Part shown: positions 1-12,475 of the stretch, piece by piece | How positions within the stretch are numbered: position 1 is the stretch's first letter | Layout: every line of letters starts with the position of its first letter | Source: Phoronis australis | Lineage: Eukaryota; Animalia; Phoronida | DNA: 64,000 nucleotides | Assembly (NCBI GenBank): GCA_002633005.1 | Contig: NMRA01000058.1 | Coordinates: forward strand, 573,508 to 637,507 | Direction: 5' to 3' | Notes under the pieces: model-generated | The model's input: the letters and a program-made list of their open reading frames with translations, nothing else | The model's database searches: none | Told to the model about the DNA's origin: nothing | Made by a program: the position numbers and the translations under genes

Positions 1-3000
1 GTCTAGGAACTCTGTCAAAAAGACGAGATGTTTTCCATTATATAAGGCAGCGTGCGTACAGTATTTTCTGCCTACAAGATACTCACTTTACTGTTGCGGA
101 AGAACCCATAATTCGAGCTCAGTGGGGATATGACTGTTTTTTCAGCCATGGTCGAAGTGATGCCAGGGGTGTTGCCATCTTATTTAATAGTAATTTTGAA
201 TTTAAAGTTCTATCTTTCACTTCGGATACTGCAGGAAATCTCCTAATTTTAGAGCTTGAAGTAAATAACTGTTTTTCTATTGTGTTGGTGAATATTTATG
301 GACCAAACAAAGATAGCCCTCAATTTTTTAATGACATTTCACAGAAAATCGCCAGTTACAATAACGATTTTGTTGTTGTTTGTGGCGATTTTAATTTGGT
401 CCAAGATTTTCACCTTGATTGTCATAATTATATCTCCGTAAATAACCCTAAAGCGCGTGACCAAATGCTGGAGATGAAGGTGGCTCTTGATCTGACGGAC
501 CCATGGCGCGTTTATCATCCCTCAGCGAAAAAGTTTATATGGTCCAGGACAAATCCAGTTAAAAGGCTAGGTTAGATTATTTTCTTGTTACCCAACAATT
601 ACCCTCGCGTATCGAAAAGGTGGAAATACAGTCGGGCTACCGATCGGACCATAACAACGTCGTCTTAACTATACAATTAACTGCATGCGTTCAAAAAGGG
701 ACCGGGGTTTTGGAAATTTAATAACTCACTGCTAAAAGACAAAGAATATATTAATCTCGTCAAGAATGAGTTTTTGTGTACGAAAAAACAATATGCTCTT
801 CCAGTATACGATTTGAACAAAATACAAGCAATTGACTCTAATAATCTTCAGTTTTATATATCTGATCAATTGTTTTTGGAGACGTTATTATTAAATATTC
901 GAATGGCCACTTTTCCGTATTGTATCTATAAGAAAAAAGAAAAAATAGAAAAGGAAAAGACTTGGAAGAACACAATTACAGGAATGTTCTATCCAAGTTA
1001 CTCTCACTGCTAGGAGAAATTGCTGTTCTATTGGAAAATAAGAAGTCACAATATGAGGATTATCGCAGAGAATACATGCATGGAGTAATGGTCAGATCGA
1101 GAGCCAACTGGGTTGAAAATGGCGAAAAACCAACCAAATATTTTTGTGCATTAGAAAAACGAAATTTTGTAAATAAGAATGTAACTAAGCTAATAAGCTC
1201 CAACAACGCTGTTATCAAGGAACAATCCGCTATCCTCTCAGAGATTACTTCTTTTTATAAAAATTAATACTCCTGTAAAGACGGCGACCTTGTTGATGTT
1301 AATTTAAATGAACGTTTGGCATCGTGCCCAATGCCTAAATTGAACCAGTCGAACCGAGTCGAACTTGAAAAATTTATCACTTTGGAGGAAATTCATGCAA
1401 CTCTGAAAGATTTAAAAAACAACAAAAGTCCTGGACCAGATGGTTTCACTGTAGCATTTTTAAAATTTTTTGGCCAGACCTTAAATATTACTTGTTCCGA
1501 TCTTTTGAAGAAGGTATTAATAAAGGAGAATTATCTACATCGCAAAAACAGGGTATTATCTCAATAATACCAAAAGAAAATAAACCAAGAGAATTCATAA
1601 ATAATGCGTCCACATATAAATATGTGGGCGCATAAAAATTGGCGTCCAATTTCACTATTGAATATTACTTACAAACTTTTGTCTGGTTGTATTGCTAGAC
1701 GCCTAAAAGGCGTCCTCGGACCCCTTATTCACGAGAACCAACAAGGTTTCATGAAAGGCAGATATATTGGGGAAAACATAAGAATTTTATATGATGTAAT
1801 TCAATTTTTAGACTGTAAACCCTTTCCCGGACTCCTGTTAATGATCGATTTTGAAAAAGCTTTCGACTCGGTCTCCTGGTCTTTCATCCTCAAGGCATTA
1901 TCATACTTTAACTTTGGCCCAAGGTTCATTGACACGGTCAAAACACTCTACAACAAATCTTGTCTCTGTGTTCTCCAACATGGATTTTTCTCTGAATTTT
2001 TTGAAATGGGGAGAGGCTGTCGTCAAGGAGACCCCATTTCTCCTTACCTTTTTTTATTATGTGTAGAAATATTGGGTAATTTAATTCGTCGGGATGGTGG
2101 CATCACTGGTGTCAGGATAGGTGTTTCTGAGTTTAAATTGATCCAGTACGCTGACGACACTTGTTTGATTTTGGACGGTTCTGAGTTATCTCTAAGATCA
2201 TCTTTGAATTTAATTGACCAATTTGCGAAATTTTCTGGTTTGAAGCCAAACATCAAGAAAACAAGATGTCTTTGGATTGGTTCAAAAAAAGACTCTCACG
2301 AAAAACTTTGTGTCAATGAGAACCTGTTATGGACCAACAAACCTTTCATGTTTTTGGGAATTAATTTCTCCACTGATTATAATACAATGCCGGGTATTAA
2401 CTATAGTTGTAGGTTTTTGGAAATTAAGAAAATGGTGGGCTCTTGGTCAAGACGAATTCTTACTGTTTTAGGTAAAATAACCGTGGTTAAGACACTTTTA
2501 TTGCCCAAGATTGTTCATTTGCTTCAATCCCTCCCAAGCCCCTCCATTGACATGATTCAAGAATTAGAGCGAGTTTTTTTTGGCTTCATTTGGAATGGGA
2601 AGAATGATAGAGTTAACAGAAATGAAATTGTACAAAATCACGATCATGGTGGTCTAAAAATGGTTCATGTTAGTTTTTTATTAAGCCTTTGAAAATATCG
2701 TGGTTTCGTAAACTATTCACCTCAAATGCCATACGTGACCTTGCAGAGGCAGTTTTGGGTTGTAAAGTTGATAACTTTTTTAAAATGGGAGACGCTTTCC
2801 TTAAAAAATTAGCTGAAGGCACTGACAATCTGTTCTGGAAGGAAGATTTAAGCGATGTTGTGCTCCTGTTTCAAATGTGTGACAAAAATGAAAATATTAT
2901 TTACTCTCCCCTGTGGTATAATTCAAAGATTAAAGTTGGTAGAAAATCTATTTTCTACAAGACCTGGTATGAAAGGGGAATCTATCGTGTGTGTGATTTG

Positions 3001-3525
3001 TTTAATGCTGAATGTTCTTTTATGTCATACGAACAACTCTGTAATAGTTATAACTTTCAACCTCCAATACTAGAATTCTATGGATTAAGAAGTGCAACCT
3101 TTGCAGCGTACAGGGGTCTTAAGAATAGACAAGACAACATCTTTTTACCAAATTTTCCAAATTATATGTATAAAATTTTACATAATAAATCACAAGCGGT
3201 AAATATTTATGACACCTTAGTACAGTCACTTCAGACAGCTTGTAAGTATAAAAACAAGTGGTCATCTGAGATAGATATAAACGGTGTTATAAATAATGTA
3301 AATTTTAGTGACTCTGATTCATGGTGGAGAAAAGTAAATAAACTCCCCTTCAATTGTACAAAAGATACAAAATTGCGTTGGTTTCAATACCGCTTAATTC
3401 ACAGAATATTGCCAACTAATAGTTATTTACATAAAATTAAAATAAAAACAAGTGATTTATGCTCTTTCTGTGGTGAACACAGTGAAACTTTTCTCCATCT
3501 GTTTTGGGAATGTCGTCTTGTCTCC
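1..3525 (+). mobile_element. Decayed non-LTR retrotransposon (L1/Tx1 clade) ORF2: APE endonuclease, reverse transcriptase, C-terminal zinc-binding region
   Basis: The window opens in the endonuclease N-terminus (..LGTLSKRRDVF..FCLQDTHF). Later motifs: NIYGPN, CGDFN, SDH (~645), RSRANWVENGEKPTKYF, NNKSPGPDG, NWRPISLLN, DFEKAFDSV, GCRQGDPISP, QYADD (2147-2158) and CSFCGEHSETFLHLFWEC (~3459-3513). It is split over several frames by frameshifts and stops. The 5' end is outside the window and the 3' end is lost in the N gap. Confidence 0.96.
1602..1635. repeat. ~34-bp hairpin insertion inside the LINE RT coding region
   Basis: ATGCGTCCACATAT-AA-ATATGTGGGCGCAT (1604-1633) interrupts the expected EFIKNWRP and shifts the frame. 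It is 27/30 identical to the terminal hairpin at 27597-27626. Confidence 0.8.
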
Positions 3526-3739
3526 NNNNNNNNNNNNNNNNNNNNNNNNNNNNNNNNNNNNNNNNNNNNNNNNNNNNNNNNNNNNNNNNNNNNNNNNNNN
3601 NNNNNNNNNNNNNNNNNNNNNNNNNNNNNNNNNNNNNNNNNNNNNNNNNNNNNNNNNNNNNNNNNNNNNNNNNNNNNNNNNNNNNNNNNNNNNNNNNNNN
3701 NNNNNNNNNNNNNNNNNNNNNNNNNNNNNNNNNNNNNNN
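3526..3739. other. Assembly gap (run of N)
   Basis: 214 consecutive N. Confidence 1.
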
Positions 3740-5437
3740 ACAGATATTTTGAAATCATGGTTGTCGCAGAAAACAAATAAATATACGTCTCCAGATATTC
3801 AAAATGAAGCGATCAAACTGATGGCTTTAAAAGTTCTCCGAGAAATAGCGTCGTGCATTCGCGGCAGTCCTTATTTTAGTATACTGGCAGACGAAACTAC
3901 TGACGTGTCTAATAGCGAACAACTCGTCGTTTGTATCCGATGGGTAGACGAATCATTACAACCCCATGAAGATTTCATCGGATTTCGCCGCTTGGAATTG
4001 ATGGATGCCCAAACAATTACGTCACTTCTAAAAGACGCACTGTTGCGGATGAACTTGTCTTTAAGCAGATGCCGTGGTCAATGCTATGATGGTTGCAGCA
4101 CAATGAGTGGGTCCAAAAATGGAGTCGTTGTCAACATTAAACAGGAAGAACATCGCGCCCTGTACACACATTGTTATGGCTGCTCAGATAGTATCAAACG
4201 ATGCAAGCTGATGGCAGATGCTTTAGACACCACGTACGAAATTACCAAACTGATAAAAAATCTCCCAAACGTGACGCACAGTCAAAAATCTTTGGCACAG
4301 TTGAATAAAATACGAGATGCGTTGCTTGACGACAGAGAAGTGGGTAATATTCGGCAACTGTGTCCAACGAGATGGACCGTGAAGGCTGACGCTCTGAATC
4401 GTGTGATAGGTAACTATGATTGTTTACAGGAACTCTGATCCTGGGGAGTCCAAAATTGCAATGATTCAGAAATGAAAGCGAGGATACGTGGAATTCAGTC
4501 TCACATGACACAGTTTAGTTTCTTTTAGGGTTTAGTACTTTCAGAGCGCCTGTTGGTGCATGCTGACAATCTGAGTACAACTTTACAAAGCGTTCAGATG
4601 TCCGCGGCTGAGGCTCAAAAGATTGCCAAAATGACCCTTACTACATTAGAACGGATGAGAAACGACAGAGAATTTAAAAACTTCTGGGATGAAGTCCTAG
4701 CTTGTGCAAAGGATCATCACGTCAAAGATCCTGGTCTCCCTAGACGCAATAGAAAACCCGCTAGATACGAAACAGGAAATGCGCCTCCGGAGTTTTCTTC
4801 GAGTCCAGAAGATTATTATAGAAGAATTTATTTTGAAGCTCTTGACAATATCATTGCATCAATACGGGACAGGTTTGATCAAGAAGATTACAAAATTTAT
4901 ATGCAGTGTGAGGAGCTGATACTCAAGGCGGCAAAAGGGGAAAACTTTGAAAATGAATACCAAGATGTTATCAGTTTTTATGAAGATGATTTTGATTCAA
5001 CACTGCGCTGTCACCTGGCTACGTTTGGGGCCAATTATGCACAGGATGGTAGTCAAGAGGTAACATTGTCTCGTGTTGTGGATCATTTGCAGAAATTATC
5101 AGCCGGTCAAAAACACTTGATCGAAAATGTAATTAAACTAGCAAACTTGCTGTTAGTGATGCCTGCAACAAATGCCAGTAGCGAACGAGCATTTAGTGCT
5201 CTTAGGCGTGTTAAGTCATATTTACGTTCCACAATGGGACAGGGGAGGTTGAACCATTTAATGTTGCTCCATGTTCACAAAGACATGTGCGATAAGCTAA
5301 ATTTGGTGGATGTGGCAAACGATTTTGTACGAGGAAGTGAAATGCGAAAGGCACAACTCGGGGTTTTTACCACGTTAGACTTAGCTGCAGCCCGAGTTCC
5401 TGTGTGCAGCAGGGCAACGTCCACTGATTTATGTTGA
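3740..5437 (+). pseudogene. hAT-superfamily transposase pseudogene (ZMYM1-like/DUF4371 plus hAT dimerisation domain), 5' end in the gap
   Basis: Motifs: YTSPDIQNE, FSILADETTDVSNSEQL, CRGQCYDG, LCPTRW, MPATNASSERAFSALRRVKSYLRSTMGQGRLNHLMLLHVH. One frame with in-frame stops TGA 4436-4438 and TAG 4526-4528. The usual HCxxHxLNL segment is shortened to HCYGCSD. AATAAA at 5444. Confidence 0.93.
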
Positions 5438-5763
5438 AGAGTAAATAAAAACATTTATAATTATTTCACACCTTCATTCTTACTGTTCAGCAAGAGTAAT
5501 CGTATGAGCGGCATGTATGTTGCTCCAAAAATTTCCAGTCAATCTTAACAAAAAATTAACTCTAAAAGTACAGCATCTGTTACACACCTTATTATTAGTA
5601 GACAATTTTTTTCATATAATTCAAAACGTACCTAGTGGTTGCAGTAGTTCATTTTACAGCGTTGATATATACACCCCAGTGCAACGCAATGGTTTCGAAA
5701 TTAGAAGTTACGTATCGACCAGGGTCGGTGCCCCCCAATAATTTTTACCTTCCTACGGGCCTG
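3740..5763 (+). mobile_element. hAT-type DNA transposon, right portion with terminal inverted repeat
   Basis: Ends in CTACGGGCCTG (5753-5763), the reverse complement of CAGGCCCGTAG, which also starts the elements at 24377 and 49625. Confidence 0.85.
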
Positions 5764-8700
5764 CTTGTATACATGTTTTGTTGTTGAACAGACTCATTGC
5801 TAATTGAATCATGAAATGTATTCAAATATGAAGGTAGAGAATTACTTTTGAGGGTTTTTGTACAAACATTTGGTACGTGCACTTACTCTGTAATTTTATA
5901 CGGATAACTTTTCCAATTTACAATGAAAGTGAATTGAATTGTTTTAGCGACTGATTGGTATTCTCAGTTTAGATAGTTTAACGTGATGTGAGAACGACTG
6001 GCTTAGCTATAACAATGAATGTCATAAACAAATCATTTTTCATTGCAATAAATATATTCATTCGAGGTTTCAACAAAAACGTTTGACAGAAAATAAACCT
6101 ACTTGCGCTTACTGCCATTGGCCAACTCTGAATTACGATCAGTAGGAATTGACCTTGCTCTCGATTCTTGACAACGATATACACTGTACCGACACTAGCC
6201 CCGAAGCCTTCAAGAAGTACGTGAGACAGTGTATTTATCGCACTCGCGTTCAGATATAACACAAACGCCAACAAATTCAAAAGATTTTTAACAAGCTGTG
6301 ATGAAAATGTACCAGCCAAATTAGTTAAATTCATTTAAATGCTTCTACTCTAAGAGAGAAAACTGTAGGCTGTAATGCTTGATAAATTACTATTCTTGTT
6401 TTTGTTCATTTAATGGAAGTGTAAAACTGGTAACATTCACTTTCTTATGTTTTTCTTGCAATTTTAAAGCATTTTCGCATGTTATTTTGTTGTGGAATGG
6501 CATCAAAGTATATACAATAAAGAATTTTGTAGATACACAAAATCATGGTTCTTCAAAAGAGCCAACGATCACTAGAATAGACGATGATATGGAAGCTAGC
6601 CTGAGATTGTATGGTATTTTTTATTTCTGGCGAAATGTGTGGGCGATGCCTACGTGCCGGAGTGTTTAACATAAATCTATGATGAGAAAATGCAATGCCT
6701 TAAATCGGAAATGTACATTAAAATCGAACAAGTGGTTCTGATTACAATATTTGTGCATGGTTGATACCCGTCGACCTGTTATGGACAGGAGTTTTTTTAA
6801 AAACTAGAGGTCGTGGAATCACACAGTTTCAAGGCATTCTGGTTTCTTTCGCTGCCAACATGTTTCAGTGTAAATACAGTGTAGTACAATGCAAACTGCG
6901 ACAAACATGACTTACAAAATACTTAAACAACGCAAGAAATGTTCTCGAGATGACGAAAACGTTGTCAGGTTTTGTTGAATTCCTTTATAAAAAACTCATT
7001 TGTACCGAAAACTGTGCATGCTTATGCCTCTGGTATGACGACAGGTGCTCGTACTAATGCCGAAAAGCCAAAGCAATGGAGGAAGGGGGTTCTTTATCTA
7101 CGGACAGGTCGTGAGTGAAAGACTTCGCATTCAGGGAAAAACGGCATGGTGTGGCGATGACAAATAGGCATACGCCTGCTCTTCTTGCATGCACTCATGT
7201 GGATCCACGACTGCTATTTCAGCGACTATTGAAAGTGTAAAATACAACAGGAAAACTTTGTAAACCGGTTTGAAGTTGGTGGGATAAGTGTCCGCATCCT
7301 TTACTGAAGGTCAGGGGTTCAAGTGTCATTGGGGCAGTGATGCCCGTATGTCGTTCATCATGTTTCCACAAGGCCACTTTTCAGTATAGATGGCGCTGTG
7401 CCAGAGGGTAGTCTGCCTCAAAAGGTGAGGGGATGCGCGGCATATTCGGGCCGAGAGGTGGGAATTGGTAATCACTGAAACAATTCTATATTTCCGTTCG
7501 AACGTTTTGCGAAGCGTGGAGCCCTGCAAAACATATTTTAAAACATGAGAAAATTTTACAACCAATGCAGTCATTGTCTAAAATTAACACTTCCACGATT
7601 AATTGAACGACAACCCGAGGTGGCCAAAAGGAATTCTGTTGTGTTATTGTTTACTCCTAATCATGGACGAAGGTGACCGTGCACGTGGCTGCACTAATCA
7701 CAGGAAGGGTAAGAGGCCGCTTTTAAACGAGAGATGAGTTGTCAACGCGTCAGTTGTCAGCTCCAGTAGAGAACATGACAAATCAATCTAGCACATTTTG
7801 CATACTCCTGTTTATAAAGAAAATATCAGCTATGAGCTTAGGTTTGGCTATTATGGTTTCAGTCCATACATGTTTGAGCGGCCAAAGACCACCATTTATA
7901 TCTACTATTACTTCAAATTTAAAGATGAGACGGAATGCCAATATCGCTAAACAACTTTTTAGGATTATTTTTCCGACCCTTTCAAACAACCCATTAACCT
8001 TTTATCAGTTCCGTTGTCACCTTGTTCTCAAGACCATCTATTACCTTTAGAACCCCACCCCATATCAGGGTGGTCAGTAGGGGTGACTATGTTCACACCT
8101 GAGTAAAAACGCATAGTTCTGTTTTATAATGTTTTCAGAAAACTTTATGACCCTGCTCAGCAGAAGCATAATCCAAAATTGGTGCTACCAAAATTATACA
8201 AGTTGTAAAATCCAAATTGTAGTTATTGCGTAAAGTTGAACATATGCAAGCCTCGGTCAATGTGGTTTCATGTTTTTTGAAGCTGAGGTATTAATGAAAT
8301 ACAACTCCTAAATATTTACTCCCTAAATATTTATTCGATGTTTTACGTTTACGGTTAACATGCTTGTTAAACTGCAGCACTAATTCTGTCATTCATTTTA
8401 TCCGGACGTCTGGTCTCTGGTTGCCACTCAACAATCTAACGTGTACAAACACAAACAAGGATGAACACAAAACAAGACCGCCAAAAGCAATTATGTAGAT
8501 ATGGGTGTAACTGGGTTATTGGGAATGTTGGGTGGACTTGTTCACAGGTGCAGTCAAAACAATCATATTTTTCAATACCTATCACACCAGTTAACCTGCC
8601 AAGGTTAAAAGCGCTAACTGAAAAATACTCCTTTATTAGTTCAATTGTTTGGAAAACGGAACGAATTTCGTCAGTTCTTAGGCATCACTGAAATAGGAAA

Positions 8701-10168
8701 ATAGTCACATCAATGGTGTCAGGGTACGGATGGGGGGAATATTTTAAACACGGGTGGTAGATAGATGGATAGAAGAATGGATAGATGTTTTTTGGTAAAT
8801 CTCACATACAGTAAAACACGAACATATGTAAAGTAAATGAAGCACTGAAATAAGACGAGGATGACTAAAAAAGTCTAGGCATTGCCGACAAACCCCCATT
8901 AGATGCATAAAACACCATTGTCGTTGAAGGAGGGGAGGTAGTAGGATCTGCATGAATGTTTATAAACAATCCGGCCAATCAGAGCGCGCCTTGCAAACCG
9001 TGATAGAGGAGGTAACATGTAGAGTAACGTAAGGTAAGTCGTTGCAAGAAACCGATGGCACTGCAAACAGGTGTTGAAGAAAACTATTTACTTGTCAATT
9101 TGCAGAAAAGTCCCTCGATTATTCCAAAAAATCTAAGACATTTCGTCCTAAAACAATACGACTGGAGCGTGGCACGAAATACGCCAAGTTTGTAAATTTC
9201 ATGACGGTCGGACGAAAAATAAGATTTTGAGTACGTTTCTTTGATTACGATTTCGTGGTCAGAAAATTATTCAGTGTGTCTATTTTTTGAAGTTGCGAGT
9301 AGTAAAACGAAATGAATTAAGTTTGGCGCTTAAATTTTATTTTTCTTGATTTATAGCAGCAAAGACTTCCATAGCAAACCGAGGACAGGTCTCGAGTTTC
9401 ACAAAGTCTCTCACTAAAGTTTGTTTCGTCGTCACTCTTCAAATTTTACTTGAGTGAATACAGTTCGGAGTAAAGTTCGCCTAATTAATTTAAGACTCTG
9501 AGTAAACTGGTGACCAACGACCGACTAGATCATTTTCAAAAACCTAAAATATACTTAATCTCTCGTCAAGAGGCATAATTTTCTTCGGCACAACACAAAT
9601 GAAATATAATTAATTCACTCTTTTATTTGGAAAAATGTCACGCTTACTGCCAAAGACTCAAAATTTTCGTTCTCCTTCAGTAGTGTTGAACGTTCTAGGA
9701 AGAAAATGCAAGGGCACATTCAAATGATGAATAAATATTTTTATTTCAGGAACTGCGAATACAAAAAATAGAAGATGGTGCTCTTTGGTTCTTTTTGAAT
9801 ATTAGATAATTATTAAATTTAATGTTGGGTCTCGAAATGTGTGTGCATGTGTGCAAGTGTACGTGCCAAATTAGTCATATCTATTCCTTCACGTATGTGT
9901 CTGCTTGTATGTCTTATTATTGGAAATAGAATGTGTAAAAAAGAACAAGGACTCTATCACCATCGACACCCTATCCAGAAAATGGTATGCATCGTCAACT
10001 AGCCATACACGTTGGCCGTATCGAGCCAAACCAAGGAAATGTGTTTCTGTCGGATCTGTGACAGGCGAATCTGTTGTGTAAGGACAATAATTATGACAGA
10101 GTAAAAACTTCTCTCAACGAATACCAGGGATCTTCAATACAGTTCATACTTCTGCTGCTGTAGCACTG

Positions 10169-10395
10169 GGGGCCCGTTCCAAGGAAAGTGACTTAGCTAA
10201 GCCAAATTTTAAATTTCAGTCAATTCTAAGACCAAAAAAATTGTCTCAAGTTCGTCTCAAGAAAGAGATTTTAAGTTTGACTTAAGTTTTTGACTTAAGA
10301 TTTGTCTTAATTTGGAAGTTTCAAAGTTTTGAAGTTGATACAAGTTTTACACTTAAGTAAAAAATGAACTTAAGTCGGTTTCTTGGAACGAGCCC
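10169..10395. mobile_element. MITE, probably PIF/Harbinger-type
   Basis: Imperfect TIRs GGGCCCGTTCCAAGGAAAGTGACTTA / TAAGTCGGTTTCTTGGAACGAGCCC, CTG on both flanks, internal CTTAAG-rich repeats. Confidence 0.7.
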
Positions 10396-10861
10396 CTGAT
10401 ATGTACAGTTGTTATTTATTTATTAAATACAGTTTGAATGACCCAACATATATTAGGTTTATTTTATCTCTCGTAGACTTCTGAATAGACGGTTCACGAC
10501 GTCGTGAAATTTCCCTCCCCCTCCTTCTTTATCATCCGACGTTCGTTCCTTTCTCGCTCACCTTCCCTCACCTCTAACAACTAGATACTGCCCTATCTGA
10601 CACCCCTATATATGCTGCACAAACTATTTCTGTATGCTGTTTAATTGTTTTGTAAGATTGAAACTAACGCTAATGAAAAGTAAAATTTTCTGGCTTTATT
10701 TGAATTAGAAAAAATAACATTTTCATGGAAACACTATCCTAGATAAGTAACATTACATTTCAATTTGAACATGTCTTATAAAGCTGCAATACCGACATTT
10801 GAGTTGAGAATCTACTTATATTTTCTGAAATCTCTAACGATTCAAACGTGCCTCAGTATTC

Positions 10862-11030
10862 ACTACTTGTATGAATTCGCCAATGATTATGCTTGAAAAT
10901 GAGGTGTTGGGTCCAAACCACAAATGGTTCTACACGTTTTGGACATGCGCACTTTCACGTTTGCTTTGATAAAATTGATGCATAGATGAGGAATTGTGTC
11001 CTAAACAACAATTCACAACAATCATTTTTG
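10862..11030 (+). repeat. Interspersed repeat fragment; second copy at ~38562-38940
   Basis: Colinear shared blocks GAATTCG..ATGCTTGAAA..GAGGTGTTG..TCCAAAC..TTTCACGTTTGC..TGTGTCCTAAACA..CACAACAATCATTTTT. Confidence 0.75.
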
Positions 11031-12475
11031 ACTCGCCGACAGAACACGGGCACAAGAATGTAAGTCACGGTAGTCAAGACAATAGTAAAGACGATACTGC
11101 GTTTTTGAAATAGCGAAACATTGCTACTGACTTAAATGTTATTGTTAAAAGGCCTTTAAAAATATAAAAACTCAGACAACAGTCTTGTCTACAACCAGAC
11201 TTGCAACCTTTGACGAGGCAGACGAGGAATACCTGCACTTGAATCACTCTCCCAGGACAGGCAGGTGAACCCTGCACATTTGATTGGTTCCCTTTGACGA
11301 CTAACCTATCGAATGTCTCAGTCGATCGACTCGGCTGAACTGGTATAGTGAATCAAGTGAAAATAATGGTGGGTTTTTCGTGACTAAAACATCATCTTTG
11401 GAAATCACTTTAATTGACCAGCAGTTAACATTTAAATGCACAATAGATAATTGTTATTTCTAAAATAGCCAAAAAAATCTATTTGAAAGTTGACTACACG
11501 AAGTATTCAATAAATACTTATTTAATTAATTATTCTTATAACAATGTTAAACAGTGTTAAATAACACAACCATGGGATGTCGACGAGGTGATTAAATAAC
11601 TTAGATGAGGGTCTACATAAATTTGAAATCCTGATGAGAGAGAACTCAGGAATATCGCTCGTCACAATCACTTCCCATTAAGTCTACATGAATGCGATCA
11701 AACCTGGCTCAACGCATTTTTAGACCTTACAGTGTTTGTCACCACCATTGCGACATAACTACCGATTGGTGCAGACAACGTGGCATTGGAAATTGTGTTG
11801 GTTGTAATGTAAGGGGTTATCTTACAAGCGCGAGACCACTAATTAGGTGAGTGAGACAAGAAAGTAATAGCAACTCAGACGTTAAAGTTCAAGTCGCTTT
11901 CCAGTTCCAAGAGGTAACTTCCCATAAGCATCTGCTTTTAAGTCCACACGCACATTTTTTTCGGAAATCCTTAAAAAGATCTATGCTTTCAGTCCAGTTT
12001 TGTCGTCTGTAATTGGGTAAAGTGCCACTTCTTTGGCACCCGGCAATAAGTCAGGGGGACGTTCCGAGTGAGCAAGGTTGGCGATCCTATAGATTCAAAG
12101 TGTTATCGGTAGTCTTGCTGAGCAGTCGAGGTCCTCCACTTCCAAGTCCTTCTTGACATTTTGCATAAACTCACGAGCTCTCGTGCATCCAAACGAGGTC
12201 AAGCCTTGGAAGTAAACGTTCCGTTGACTTCTAAGGAGGACGATTGCCTTCTCTAACAACATGTCTAATTAATTCACAAATAGCACCATATTAAAAGCAA
12301 TCGTTCACATATACCCTGAATACGTCCATTGCAGTTTATGAGATGAGAATTGTCTCAAATTCGAAACCATCCGCGCTACTCGGAAATCACACGCACGAAT
12401 CGATTTTGGTGTTCTTGCGACACGATCACAGTAAATGAGGTAGTAGCCTGAACCAACCAGGACTGGTGTAATCGC

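Noticed and set aside
2689-4438. Apparent LINE-hAT fusion ORFs (2689-3780, 3452-4438)
   Set aside because: Artefact of translating through the 214-N gap. Even the adjacency of the two elements depends on the scaffold join.
7326-7574. Minus-strand ORF behind a TTTTGCAG acceptor-like site
   Set aside because: No recognisable domain and no linked upstream exon could be established.
8970-9040. CCAAT box followed by AAG|GTAAGT on the plus strand
   Set aside because: Could be a promoter and first exon, but no downstream plus-strand coding exons were found. Short motifs alone are insufficient.
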